Source: Acidobacteriota bacterium (lineage in GTDB: Bacteria; Acidobacteriota; Vicinamibacteria; Vicinamibacterales; 2-12-FULL-66-21). Taken from it: a stretch of 49,589 nucleotides of DNA. Where the stretch lies: the NCBI GenBank assembly GCA_013694845.1, contig JACDBQ010000046.1:1-49589 (forward strand), written 5' to 3'. The notes under the pieces were generated by a model that did no database searches, was not told where the DNA came from, and worked only from the letters and a program-made list of their open reading frames with translations. This document shows positions 35,320-43,887 of this stretch, in pieces. Made by a program: the position numbers and the translations under genes. Position 1 is the first letter of the stretch. Every line of letters starts with the position of its first letter.

Positions 35320-36567
35320 TCAGGTTTCGAGCGCGAGGAGGTCGTCGATGGTCTGACGCCGGCGAATGACGCTCCACCGTCCATCGTCGACCAGCACCTC
35401 GGCGGGCATCAGCCGCCGGTTGTAGTTCGACGCCATGACGGCACCGTAGGCTCCGGTGTCGCGCACGGCCATGAGGTCTCCGACCTCGGGCCGTGCAAGC
35501 GGGCGGTCCGTGCCGAGCGTGTCGCTGCTTTCACACAGGGGTCCGACGATGTCGCAGACCGTTTCGGGACGTTCCACCGCATCGACGTGCTCGATCCGGT
35601 GATACGCGCTGTATAACATGGGCCGCATCAACTCGGTCATGCCAGCGTCGAGGATCACGAAGAGCCGTCCGCCCGGCTGCTCCTTCACGTCGATGACGCG
35701 CGAGAGCAGGACGCCGGCTGGCGCGATGACATTTCGGCCGGGCTCGAGAACGAGCTTCAAACCTGAGCCTCGGACGGCCGGCAGCAAGGCGTCGGCGTAA
35801 TCCCGGGCGCTCGGCACCGGGGTCCCATCGTAGGAAATACCCAGCCCGCCCCCGAGATCGACATGGTCGATGGGAACACCGGCGTCCCGCAACTGCCGGG
35901 CGAGGGTCACGATCGCCTCAGACGCCTGTCGCAGCGGTTCGAGGTCCGTGATCTGGGAGCCGACGTGAATGTGCAGGCCGACGATCTCGACACCCGGTGC
36001 GGCCGCGAATTGCCGGCAGATTTCGACGACCGCGCCGATCGGCACCCCGAATTTGTTCGTCTTCAGGCCGGTCGAGATGTGCGGATGACTCCTAGCGTCG
36101 ATGTCGGGATTCACGCGGAGCGCGACACGCGCCCGAGTCTCGCGTGCGCGCGCCAGGGCGTCGATCCGCTCGATCTCGCCGGTGGACTCGGCGTTGATCG
36201 TCATCACACCCAGGTCGATCGCCTGGGCCAGTTCCGCGGACGTTTTGCCGACGCCGGTAAAGACGATCTCAGTCGGAATGAAGCCGGCACGCAGCGCGAC
36301 GTCGATTTCGCCGCCTGAGTTCGCATCCGCTCCCGCGCCGAGCGACCGCAGCAGTCGAGCTATCGCGAGCGTCGAATTCGCCTTGAGGGCGTAGTGGATC
36401 GAATGCGGATACGACGCAAAGGCGTCCGCGATCGCGCGATAACGGGCCGAGATCGCCGCCGCGCTGTAGACGTAGAGTGGAGTGTTTTCCGCTGCCGCAA
36501 CGGCCCTGAGTGCCACGCCGTCGCACGCCAGCGCCCCTCCCTTTCGAGAGAATCCTGTTTCAGTCAC
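35320..36567 (-). CDS. lysA: diaminopimelate decarboxylase
   Basis: PLYVYSAAAISARYRAI, HYALKANS (PLP lysine), GLHIHVGSQI, DLGGGLGISY, CESSD. GTG start at 36567 is preferred because the track ATG at 36648 would overlap the divergent sigma gene. Confidence 0.9.
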   Translation of the reverse strand: MTETGFSRKGGALACDGVALRAVAAAENTPLYVYSAAAISARYRAIADAFASYPHSIHYALKANSTLAIARLLRSLGAGADANSGGEIDVALRAGFIPTEIVFTGVGKTSAELAQAIDLGVMTINAESTGEIERIDALARARETRARVALRVNPDIDARSHPHISTGLKTNKFGVPIGAVVEICRQFAAAPGVEIVGLHIHVGSQITDLEPLRQASEAIVTLARQLRDAGVPIDHVDLGGGLGISYDGTPVPSARDYADALLPAVRGSGLKLVLEPGRNVIAPAGVLLSRVIDVKEQPGGRLFVILDAGMTELMRPMLYSAYHRIEHVDAVERPETVCDIVGPLCESSDTLGTDRPLARPEVGDLMAVRDTGAYGAVMASNYNRRLMPAEVLVDDGRWSVIRRRQTIDDLLALET

Positions 36568-36646
36568 GATGAGTCGGATAATCTTATCCCACCGTCGCAC
36601 GTGATATATTTGCCCTGTTTCCCCGCCTGATCTCAGCGAATGTCGC

Positions 36647-37297
36647 ATGTCCGTTGATTCGCCCGCCGCGCAGCCGGCGACCTCCGATCGCCTGATTGAG
36701 CAGTGCCTCAGCGGCGATCAGGCCGCGTGGGAGCTGATCGTCAAGCAGAACTGGCGGAAGGTCTTCAACGTCGCATACAAGTTCGTCGGGAAGCACGAGG
36801 AAGCCGAAGACCTCACGCAGGACATCTTCATCAAAATCTTCCGAGCGCTCGCGACGTTCGATCGGCGCGCGAACTTTCAGACATGGATCGTCAGTATCAG
36901 CCGCAACCTCTGCATCGACCACTACCGCAGCGTGCGGAAGGAGCGGCAGACGATCGCGCGTGAAGTAGACACCGGCGACCTCCAGCCGGCCTCGACCGAT
37001 CGCACGCCCTACGCGGCCGCCGAGCACCAGGATCTCCGCGCGACGTTGCGCGAGGCGCTCCAGACCCTGCCGATCACCTTGCGCACGGCCGTCATCCTTC
37101 GCGATTTGCAGGAATTGTCCTACCAGGAGATTGCGGAAAAGCTGGAGCTACCAGAAGGCACGGTGAAGTCACGCATCAATCGAGGCCGCCTCGAGCTGGC
37201 GCGGCAACTGAAACGTCTGCAGGATAAACAGTCGGCGATGCGCAGTCGCGGGGTTCCTTCCCGCGCGCGCGGACGCCGGCCCGGAGCGCAGGAATGA
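36647..37297 (+). CDS. ECF-type sigma-70 factor
   Basis: 216 aa. Region 2 EDLTQDIFIKIFRALATFDRRANFQTWIVSISRNLCIDHYR. Region 4 ILRDLQELSYQEIAEKLELPEGTVKSRINRGRLEL. Confidence 0.9.
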   Translation: MSVDSPAAQPATSDRLIEQCLSGDQAAWELIVKQNWRKVFNVAYKFVGKHEEAEDLTQDIFIKIFRALATFDRRANFQTWIVSISRNLCIDHYRSVRKERQTIAREVDTGDLQPASTDRTPYAAAEHQDLRATLREALQTLPITLRTAVILRDLQELSYQEIAEKLELPEGTVKSRINRGRLELARQLKRLQDKQSAMRSRGVPSRARGRRPGAQE

Positions 37298-37635
37298 ATC
37301 TGAACACCGAACACGCCAACGGGGTTGCCATCGTCCGCGTCGGTGAGGCGCGACTGATGTATCCGCTACTCTCTGAATTCTCCAACGTCGTGACCGAGCT
37401 CATCGCCTCGGGGGAGAAGAAGATCATCGTCGATCTGTCGACGGTCGGATACGTCGACAGCGCCACGATCGGGTGCCTGATGGATCTCTACCGGCAGGCG
37501 AGCGCCGCCGGTGGCGGCCTCAAGCTCGCCGGTGTGCAGAAGCGCGTCGAGACCATGCTGACGATGACCGGCGCCCAGAATTTCATCGAGGTACACCCCG
37601 ATGAGCCCAGTGCCGTCAAAAGCTTCGGAGCCTGA
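37294..37635 (+). CDS. STAS-domain protein (anti-sigma-factor antagonist type)
   Basis: 113 aa. KIIVDLSTVGYVDSATIGCLMDLYR has the conserved DS-x-x-G Ser. ATGA overlap with the sigma gene stop. Confidence 0.85.
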   Translation: MNLNTEHANGVAIVRVGEARLMYPLLSEFSNVVTELIASGEKKIIVDLSTVGYVDSATIGCLMDLYRQASAAGGGLKLAGVQKRVETMLTMTGAQNFIEVHPDEPSAVKSFGA

Positions 37636-37639
37636 GCCG

Positions 37640-37924
37640 ATGCGCACCATCAAACTGACGACCGGATCGAACGTTCCGCTCGATGGCGACCTCCTGACGG
37701 TGCTGGAGATCCTGTACCTGGAGCTGAGCGCGAAACGGGACCTCGACCACTCGTTCGAGGACACGGTGCGGGAGATCCAACACGTCATCGAGCAGTTGAC
37801 CGACGAGGAACGACGGCAGTACCTGTCGGAAAGCCTCTTCTTGAATTTTGTGTCGTACGAGAACGAGCGCCTCGGCGCCTACATGAAGAAGCTGGGCGCG
37901 GACCAGTCCACAATCGATCAATAG
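37640..37924 (+). CDS. small acidic helical protein of unknown function
   Basis: 94 aa. MRTIKLTTGSNVPLDGDLLTVLEILYLELSAKRDLDHSFEDTVREIQHVIEQLTDEERRQYLSESLFLNFVSYENERLGAYMKKLGADQSTIDQ. Starts 5 nt after the STAS stop. Codon and GC usage are slightly lower than in neighbouring genes. Confidence 0.65.
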   Translation: MRTIKLTTGSNVPLDGDLLTVLEILYLELSAKRDLDHSFEDTVREIQHVIEQLTDEERRQYLSESLFLNFVSYENERLGAYMKKLGADQSTIDQ

Positions 37925-37930
37925 TTCCAC

Positions 37931-37973
37931 GATCCGCAATCGACAGTGCGTCGATCCGAAATCCGCAATCAGC
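37931..37973. repeat. degenerate heptamer repeats (GATCCGC AATCGAC AGTGCGT / GATCCGA AATCCGC AATCAGC) with an ATCGAC-N5-GTCGAT hairpin
   Basis: The word ATCCGCAATC occurs twice (37932-41 and 37961-70). There are two 7-nt-phased blocks offset by 1 nt. Located in the 62-bp gap before the radical SAM gene. Confidence 0.55.
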
Positions 37974-37986
37974 ATTTGGTTTTGAC

Positions 37987-39348
37987 GTGTCTCTCAATTA
38001 CCTGGCCACCCGCTTCACCTGCTCCTGGCCCTGGTCCACCGCGACCCTCCTGTGCGACGGGCGGCTGGTGTGCGGCTGCGCTGATCCCTACGGCAAGCGG
38101 GTGCTGGGCGATACCCGGACCGCGTCCGTGGCCGCGGTCTGGACGGGCGCAGTCGCCGCGACACTTCGACAGGACATCAACGCCGGCGGCTCACGGTTCT
38201 GTGGCGACTGTCCACTGAAGCTGCCGTTGAAGAAGGACGACCAGCCACCCCAGAGAGGACTCGACGTGGGAACGCTGCCCTCGCGGCTGTATGTCGAGTG
38301 CACGGCCGCCTGCAACATCTCCTGCGCGCAAGCCTGTTGTGCGCCGGAGACCGGCATCACGCGTACTCGTCAGGCCGGCATGCTCGAGTTCGAGCTGTTC
38401 ACCCGCGTGGTCGACGAGGCGGGTCCCGCGCTGGCCCGCATTGACTTCTTCAACTACGGCGAGGCCTTTCTCCACAAACGCGCCGTCGAGATGTGCGAGT
38501 ACATCAAAGGCAAGTTTCCCCACATCTATCTCTACACCAGCACCAACGGGCTGGCGTTCACCGAGGACGCAGTCAAGCGGCTGGTGCACTCGGGTATCGA
38601 CGAAGTTACCTTCTCCATCGACGGCGCCCGGTCGGAAAGCTACGTCAAGTATCGTCAGCGCGGAGACTTCGCAAAAGCGATTGGCAACCTGGGAATCGCC
38701 TGCCAGGAGAAACGCCGCGCCGCGAGGGACGTGCCCTTCATCAACTGGCGATACATCCTCTTCACACACAACGACTCCGACGAGGAAATGAACCTCGCCC
38801 GGCGGATGGCGCAGGATCTCGGCGTCGATCGCCTGTGCTGGGAGCTCACCGATCATCCGGAAGACATGTTCTCCCGGCGATTCGTTCCCGGCACGCCCGA
38901 TCTGGATGCGGTCAGGCACCAGATCTGGGACGCGAACAACCTCGGCAACGCCATCGACGGCGCGACGCCGCGGGCAGAAATCTCGGTCCGCGGCACGCTG
39001 CCGGGTCTGCCGATCATCGCGCGGCGCGGACGGAAAACCCGGGTGACGACGCGCGTGCGGAATGCATCGGCGCGGGCGTATCCGGCGCAGGCCAGCTACG
39101 GGCGCCGGCTGGTACGCCTCGGCGCGCAGTTGTGCGACGCCGCCGGGGCTGTCATCAACCGCGACTACGAACGCGCGTGGCTCCCGTCCAACCTGGAGCC
39201 CGGCACGGCGACAGACATTGAGATGACGATCACCCCGCCGGACACACCGGGACGCTACACCCTGAGATTCGACCTCGTGTGCGAAGGGATCGACTGGTTC
39301 GAAGCGTGCGGCTCACCGGTCACCGCAAAGAGCCTGCTGGTCCTCTGA
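37987..39348 (+). CDS. radical SAM-like protein with an N-terminal SPASM/twitch-like Cys domain and a C-terminal beta-sandwich-like domain
   Basis: 453 aa, GTG start. Residues 12-75 read C-x10-CDGRLVCGC...LGD...VW...LRQDI...FCGDCP. The core reads LYVECTAACNISCAQACC...FFNYGEAFL...LYTSTNGL...VTFSIDGA. The C-terminus reads PGTATDIEMTITPPDTPGRYTLRFDLVCEGIDWF. Confidence 0.8.
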   Translation: MSLNYLATRFTCSWPWSTATLLCDGRLVCGCADPYGKRVLGDTRTASVAAVWTGAVAATLRQDINAGGSRFCGDCPLKLPLKKDDQPPQRGLDVGTLPSRLYVECTAACNISCAQACCAPETGITRTRQAGMLEFELFTRVVDEAGPALARIDFFNYGEAFLHKRAVEMCEYIKGKFPHIYLYTSTNGLAFTEDAVKRLVHSGIDEVTFSIDGARSESYVKYRQRGDFAKAIGNLGIACQEKRRAARDVPFINWRYILFTHNDSDEEMNLARRMAQDLGVDRLCWELTDHPEDMFSRRFVPGTPDLDAVRHQIWDANNLGNAIDGATPRAEISVRGTLPGLPIIARRGRKTRVTTRVRNASARAYPAQASYGRRLVRLGAQLCDAAGAVINRDYERAWLPSNLEPGTATDIEMTITPPDTPGRYTLRFDLVCEGIDWFEACGSPVTAKSLLVL

Positions 39349-39376
39349 GGGCGAGGCATTTTTTCGGTCGGATTCT

Positions 39377-39702
39377 ATGAATGCCGGCGGGACCGGCGGG
39401 CTGCTCGGTGCCAGGGCCGGACGAGTACTGGGCGGGGGGCCGAGGGGTCAAGTTCAAGGACGCACGAACAAGCCTGCTGCTCAGTGACATGCGGACGGGC
39501 GTCCAAGTCGCCGCTGCGGAAGGCAAGGCCCGCAAGACCGACCTCGGTTTGGGGGGCGATTGCCGTACTCGGCGTGGGCGTCGGGGCGGGCGACTACCGC
39601 AGCACGAACGCAGGCAAAATCATCGCAGCCAGTTTCCGCGACAACTACAACAACATCGTCCGGTCGATCCGCACGAGCGGGCGGATCAAGACGGCTGGGT
39701 GA
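39377..39702 (+). pseudogene. truncated, twice-frameshifted remnant resembling the C-terminal part of a CsgG-family lipoprotein
   Basis: Three successive frames read MNAGGTGGLLGARAGRVLGGG / RGVKFKDARTSLLLSDMRTGVQVAAAEGKARKTDLGLG / AIAVLGVGVGAGDYRSTNAGKIIAASFRDNYNNIVRSIRTSGRIKTAG*. They are joined by +1 shifts in the G6 runs at 39434-39439 and 39551-39556. No signal peptide or N-terminal domain. The family call is from memory only. Confidence 0.4.
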
Positions 39703-39783
39703 GAAAGCTGGTCGTGACCTTGTCCAAGTAAGGTACGAGGAGGCCGGGCCGGGTTTTCCCGGTCACTGACTCGGGTCCAGCGC

Positions 39784-40704
39784 TCAGTTCGCCAGTCGGG
39801 CGGCGACGCCCGCTCTGGCACCCAGCGGCAACGCCACTTCCGCACCCGCCGGCGTCTCGACAAGCCGCCACGCGTCGCGTTCCTCGAGGATCTTGGCGGC
39901 AAACGCTGTATGCAGCGCGTGACCCCCTCGATGTGCCACGAGGTGACCGATGACGGGATAACCAACGAGCGAGAGGTCGCCGATCACGTCGAGGATCTTA
40001 TGGCGGACGAACTCGTCGTCGAATCTCAATGCGTTGTTGAGCACCCCGGTCTCGCCCAGCACGATGGCGTTATCGAGTGACCCGCCCAGGGCCAGACCCC
40101 GCTGACGGAGCATCTCGACTTCCTTCAGAAATCCGAAGGTCCTGGCCGGCGCGATGTCCTCGACGAAGGTCTCCTCGGTGATCTTCATCGTTCTTGACTG
40201 ATGCCGCAGAAGTGGGTGATCGAAGCTGATGCTGTAGGTGACCTTCAACTGGTCCGCGGGATACAGCGCGATCCGTTTGTCTCCCTGCGCAAGCGAGATG
40301 GGACGCAGAACCTTGAGGTACCGGCGTGGGGCAGTCAAACGCTTGACTCCGGCTTCGTTCAGGATCAAGTGCACCCATGGCGCGGCGCTGCCGTCCATGA
40401 TCGGCACTTCCGGGTGGCTCACCTCGACGATCGCATTATCGATGCCGAGCGCGCTCAGCGCGCCGAGCAGGTGCTCGACGGTCTCGACCGACACCGCCTC
40501 GCGCATGAGACCGGTCTGGTATTGCTGCATCCCACCGAGGTGGGTGATCGTCGCGGGAATCTCGAGACCTCCGAGATCGGTACGCTGAAAACGGATGCCG
40601 AAATCCGCAGGCGCCGGTTTCAGCGATAGCGTTACCTTGTTGCCGGAATGAAGGCCGATACCGGTACACGAGACAGGACGCCGAAGGGTTCGCTGAGCGT
40701 TCAT
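39784..40704 (-). CDS. lpxC: UDP-3-O-acyl-N-acetylglucosamine deacetylase
   Basis: 306 aa. QRTLRRPVSCTGIGLHSGNKVTLSLKPA, TVEHLLGALSALGIDN, HKILDVIGDLSL, GHALH. Confidence 0.95.
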   Translation of the reverse strand: MNAQRTLRRPVSCTGIGLHSGNKVTLSLKPAPADFGIRFQRTDLGGLEIPATITHLGGMQQYQTGLMREAVSVETVEHLLGALSALGIDNAIVEVSHPEVPIMDGSAAPWVHLILNEAGVKRLTAPRRYLKVLRPISLAQGDKRIALYPADQLKVTYSISFDHPLLRHQSRTMKITEETFVEDIAPARTFGFLKEVEMLRQRGLALGGSLDNAIVLGETGVLNNALRFDDEFVRHKILDVIGDLSLVGYPVIGHLVAHRGGHALHTAFAAKILEERDAWRLVETPAGAEVALPLGARAGVAARLAN

Positions 40705-40743
40705 GGCCTCTCTAGGCGAAGTGGGGTGGTCCGCCCCAAGCTC

Positions 40744-40759
40744 AGCAAAGCCTCTGCCA
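40744..40759 (-). promoter_or_regulatory. sigma54-type promoter-like sequence (TGGCA-N6-TTGCT) upstream of lpxC
   Basis: The minus strand reads TGGCAGAGGCTTTGCT. GG at 40758-57 and GC at 40746-45, exactly 10 nt apart. About 40 nt upstream of ATG 40704. Confidence 0.3.
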
Positions 40760-40942
40760 TTGCCGACAGGCGGTCTGACAACGGTCTAAGTCGTTGATTC
40801 GAAGTCGCTTGTTGCCGCAGGCTCGGACCGGTTTGGCTGATGTTCGGCGTTGATGTGGCTGAACGGCCACAGTTATTTCTGACGCGAGTGTGGCAGCCAT
40901 ACCACAGTGGATTGTGTGTCCGGCGCGAGTGCATACAACCTC

Positions 40943-43798
40943 TCAGGACGCGGCGGCCCGGGGACCGCTGAGAATCTCCGCCAGGAATTGCCCCGTAAAG
41001 GATTCTCGGCTCTTTGCCAGTTCCTCAGGAGTCCCCTTCCCTACGATTCTTCCGCCCTGCGCTCCGCCTTCAGGCCCGAGATCGATCACGTAGTCGGCCG
41101 ATTTGATGACATCCAGGTTGTGCTCGATGATGACGACGGTGTTTCCCTGGTCCACGAGCTTGTTCAGGACGTCGAGCAACTTGTGCGTATCGGCAAAGTG
41201 CAACCCGGTCGTGGGTTCGTCGAGAATGTACAGGGTGCGCCCCGTGCCGCGCCGGGAGAGCTCCTTTGACAGCTTGACCCGTTGAGCTTCTCCGCCGCTC
41301 AGCGTCGTGGCGGACTGACCGAGCTCGATGTAGCCGAGCCCTACTTCCTGCAGCGTCCGAAGTTTATTCGCGATGGGAGGAATGTTTTCGAGCAGCGGCG
41401 CCGCCTGGTCCACCGTCAGGTCGAGCACGTCGGCGATCGACTTGCCGCGGTACTTGATTTCAAGGGTCTCTCTATTGTAGCGACGCCCCTTGCACTGCTC
41501 GCAGGTCACATAGACGTTCGGCAGGAAGTGCATCTCGATCGCGATGACGCCGTCTCCCTGGCAGGCCTCACAGCGCCCTCCCTTCACGTTGAACGAAAAC
41601 CGGCCCGGACGGAAGCCGCGGGCTTTGGCGTCCGGCAGCATGGCAAACAGCTCCCGGATGAACGTGAACAAGCCCGTATACGTGGCAGGGTTCGACCGCG
41701 GCGTCCGGCCGATCGGTGACTGGTCGATCTGTATGACCTTGTCGAGTTGATCGATGCCCTCGATGCTCGAATGAGCGCCCGGCTCGTCAACCGCCCGGTA
41801 GAACACCCGGGCGAGGGCGCGATACAGGATCTCATTCACCAACGTGGACTTTCCGGATCCGCTGACTCCAGTCACCGTTGTCAGGAGTCCCAGCGGGATC
41901 GTGACATCCACGTCCTTGAGATTGTTCTCGCGCGCGCCGCGGATGACGATCGCACCGCGCTTCGCGGGCCGGCGGTGGACCGGTGTATGGATTGACCGTT
42001 CACCTCGGAGGTATGCGGCGGTCAGGGAGCCGTTGCGGTCGGCCAGCAGCCCTTCCGGCGTGCCCTGGAAGATCACCTGCCCCCCGTGTTCGCCGGCGCC
42101 GGGCCCGAGGTCGACAACGTAGTCGGCCGTCCTGATGGTCTCTTCGTCGTGCTCGACCACGACCACCGTGTTGCCCAGGTCCCGGAGCCGGGCGAGGGTC
42201 GAGAGCAGCGCGCGATTGTCACGCTGGTGAAGCCCGATGGATGGCTCGTCGAGCACGTAAAGGACGCCGGTCAGATTGGACCCGATCTGGGTCGCGAGCC
42301 GGATCCGTTGGCCCTCGCCTCCCGAGAGCGTGGCGGCGCTGCGACCCAGGCTCAGGTAGCCGACCCCGACGTCATCGAGGAAATGGAGCCGATCGCGGAT
42401 CTCACGCATGATCCGGCTCGCGATCAGCGTTTCTCGATCCGACAGCTCGATCGCGTCGAACACCTGGACGGCTTCACTGATTGGCAGGTTGACGTACTCG
42501 GACACCGTCCGACCCTTGACCCGAACGGCCAGGCTCTGCGCCTTGAGGCGCTCCCCCGAGCAGGTGGGACACGGCCGAAGTGCGCGGAATGGCTCGAGGT
42601 TCTCCTGCTCCAGCCATGTGCCCTCCTCATACCGCCGGCGCAGGTTGGGGATCAGCCCCTCGAACCCTGCGCCGAATGGGTCCTTTTCGGTCGCTTTCAC
42701 CTTCTTCTTCGTCCTGACGCCAACCTCCTCGACGCGCGCACCGGCCGCGCCGAAAAGCAGCAGGTCTCGAACCTTCCGCGAAAGCCGCCTGAACGGAAGC
42801 GCGAGATCGATGCCGAAATTCCGGCTGAGCGAACCGAGAGCTTCTCGCACCAGCTTCCGGTCCCCTTTTGCCCAGGGCGCAATCGCGCCTTGCTGCAACG
42901 ACACGGATTCGTCTGGCACCAGCCGCGCAGGATCGAAGTCGTAGACCGCGCCAAGCCCCTGGCATTCCTGGCAGGCGCCGTGAGGCGAGTTGAACGAGAA
43001 CGCGCGCGGGGTCATCTCGGGCATGCTCACGCCACAGAACGTGCAGGCGAGCCGGCGTGAAAACAGTCGATCGCCGCCGTCCAGCGTGTTGATGACGACA
43101 ACGTCCTCGGCGAGGTTGAGCGCGATCTCCACTGATTCGGTGAGCCGGCGCTCGATCCCGGCCTTCAGGATCAACCGGTCGACGACGATCTCGATCGTGT
43201 GATTGCGACGGCGATCGAGCTTGAGGTCCTCATCGAGAGAGCGCAGCTGCCCGTCCACCCGCACCTTGGTGAACCCCTTCGCGCGGAGGGCAGCGAGCTC
43301 TTTCTTGAATTCGCCCTTGCGGCCACGGACGATCGGCGCGAGCACGTTCAACCGCTCTTCGTTGGGCGACAGCATCACCAGGTCGACAATACGTTCGAGC
43401 GACTGGGACGCGATCTCGCGACCGCACAAGTGACAGTGGGGCACGCCGATATTGGCGAAGAGCAACCGAAGGTAGTCGTAGATCTCGGTCACGGTCCCGA
43501 CGGTCGAGCGGGGGTTGGAGCCCGTGGTCTTCTGCTCGATCGCGATCGCCGGAGAGAGCCCGTCGATCAGATCGACGTCAGGCTTCTCCATCTGCTCGAG
43601 AAACTGGCGGGCGTACGACGAGAGCGACTCCACATAACGCCGCTGGCCTTCAGCGTAGATCGTGTCGAATGCGAGCGACGACTTGCCGGATCCCGAGAGC
43701 CCTGTTAGAACGACGAGCTTGTCTCGAGGGATGTCGACATCGATGTTCTTGAGGTTGTGGACGCGCGCGCCGCGTACAGCAATCCAGTCATGCGCCAT
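40943..43798 (-). CDS. uvrA: excinuclease ABC subunit A
   Basis: Starts at [59 protein letters not shown]. Second ATPase [10 protein letters not shown]. The 71-codon upstream extension in the track ORF is Arg-rich and not UvrA-like. Confidence 0.96.
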   Translation of the reverse strand: MAHDWIAVRGARVHNLKNIDVDIPRDKLVVLTGLSGSGKSSLAFDTIYAEGQRRYVESLSSYARQFLEQMEKPDVDLIDGLSPAIAIEQKTTGSNPRSTVGTVTEIYDYLRLLFANIGVPHCHLCGREIASQSLERIVDLVMLSPNEERLNVLAPIVRGRKGEFKKELAALRAKGFTKVRVDGQLRSLDEDLKLDRRRNHTIEIVVDRLILKAGIERRLTESVEIALNLAEDVVVINTLDGGDRLFSRRLACTFCGVSMPEMTPRAFSFNSPHGACQECQGLGAVYDFDPARLVPDESVSLQQGAIAPWAKGDRKLVREALGSLSRNFGIDLALPFRRLSRKVRDLLLFGAAGARVEEVGVRTKKKVKATEKDPFGAGFEGLIPNLRRRYEEGTWLEQENLEPFRALRPCPTCSGERLKAQSLAVRVKGRTVSEYVNLPISEAVQVFDAIELSDRETLIASRIMREIRDRLHFLDDVGVGYLSLGRSAATLSGGEGQRIRLATQIGSNLTGVLYVLDEPSIGLHQRDNRALLSTLARLRDLGNTVVVVEHDEETIRTADYVVDLGPGAGEHGGQVIFQGTPEGLLADRNGSLTAAYLRGERSIHTPVHRRPAKRGAIVIRGARENNLKDVDVTIPLGLLTTVTGVSGSGKSTLVNEILYRALARVFYRAVDEPGAHSSIEGIDQLDKVIQIDQSPIGRTPRSNPATYTGLFTFIRELFAMLPDAKARGFRPGRFSFNVKGGRCEACQGDGVIAIEMHFLPNVYVTCEQCKGRRYNRETLEIKYRGKSIADVLDLTVDQAAPLLENIPPIANKLRTLQEVGLGYIELGQSATTLSGGEAQRVKLSKELSRRGTGRTLYILDEPTTGLHFADTHKLLDVLNKLVDQGNTVVIIEHNLDVIKSADYVIDLGPEGGAQGGRIVGKGTPEELAKSRESFTGQFLAEILSGPRAAAS

Positions 43799-43887
43799 AA
43801 CGTCCGGGGCGGTTTCCCTGTGTCGAATTTCGCGACTTCCGAAAACCTCGATTTTAGCACCGGACCGGCGGTAACAGATGAGGCGGG

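Noticed and set aside
40705-40942. Possible tRNA or small RNA gene in the uvrA-lpxC spacer and other long gaps (29269-29566, 39349-39783, 48486-48623)
   Set aside because: No cloverleaf-compatible arms or T-loop GTTCRANYC motif were found. Only short generic hairpins are present.
42086-43060. 324-aa plus-strand ORF, and similar ORFs at 41282-41719 and 43978-44934
   Set aside because: They are antisense to uvrA and the APC permease. These are high-GC shadow ORFs.
43799-43887. Possible LexA/SOS box upstream of uvrA
   Set aside because: I looked for CTGT-N8-ACAG, GAAC-N4-GTTC and GTTC-N7-GTTC patterns. None is present; there is only a weak TCGAATTTCGCGA near-symmetry.
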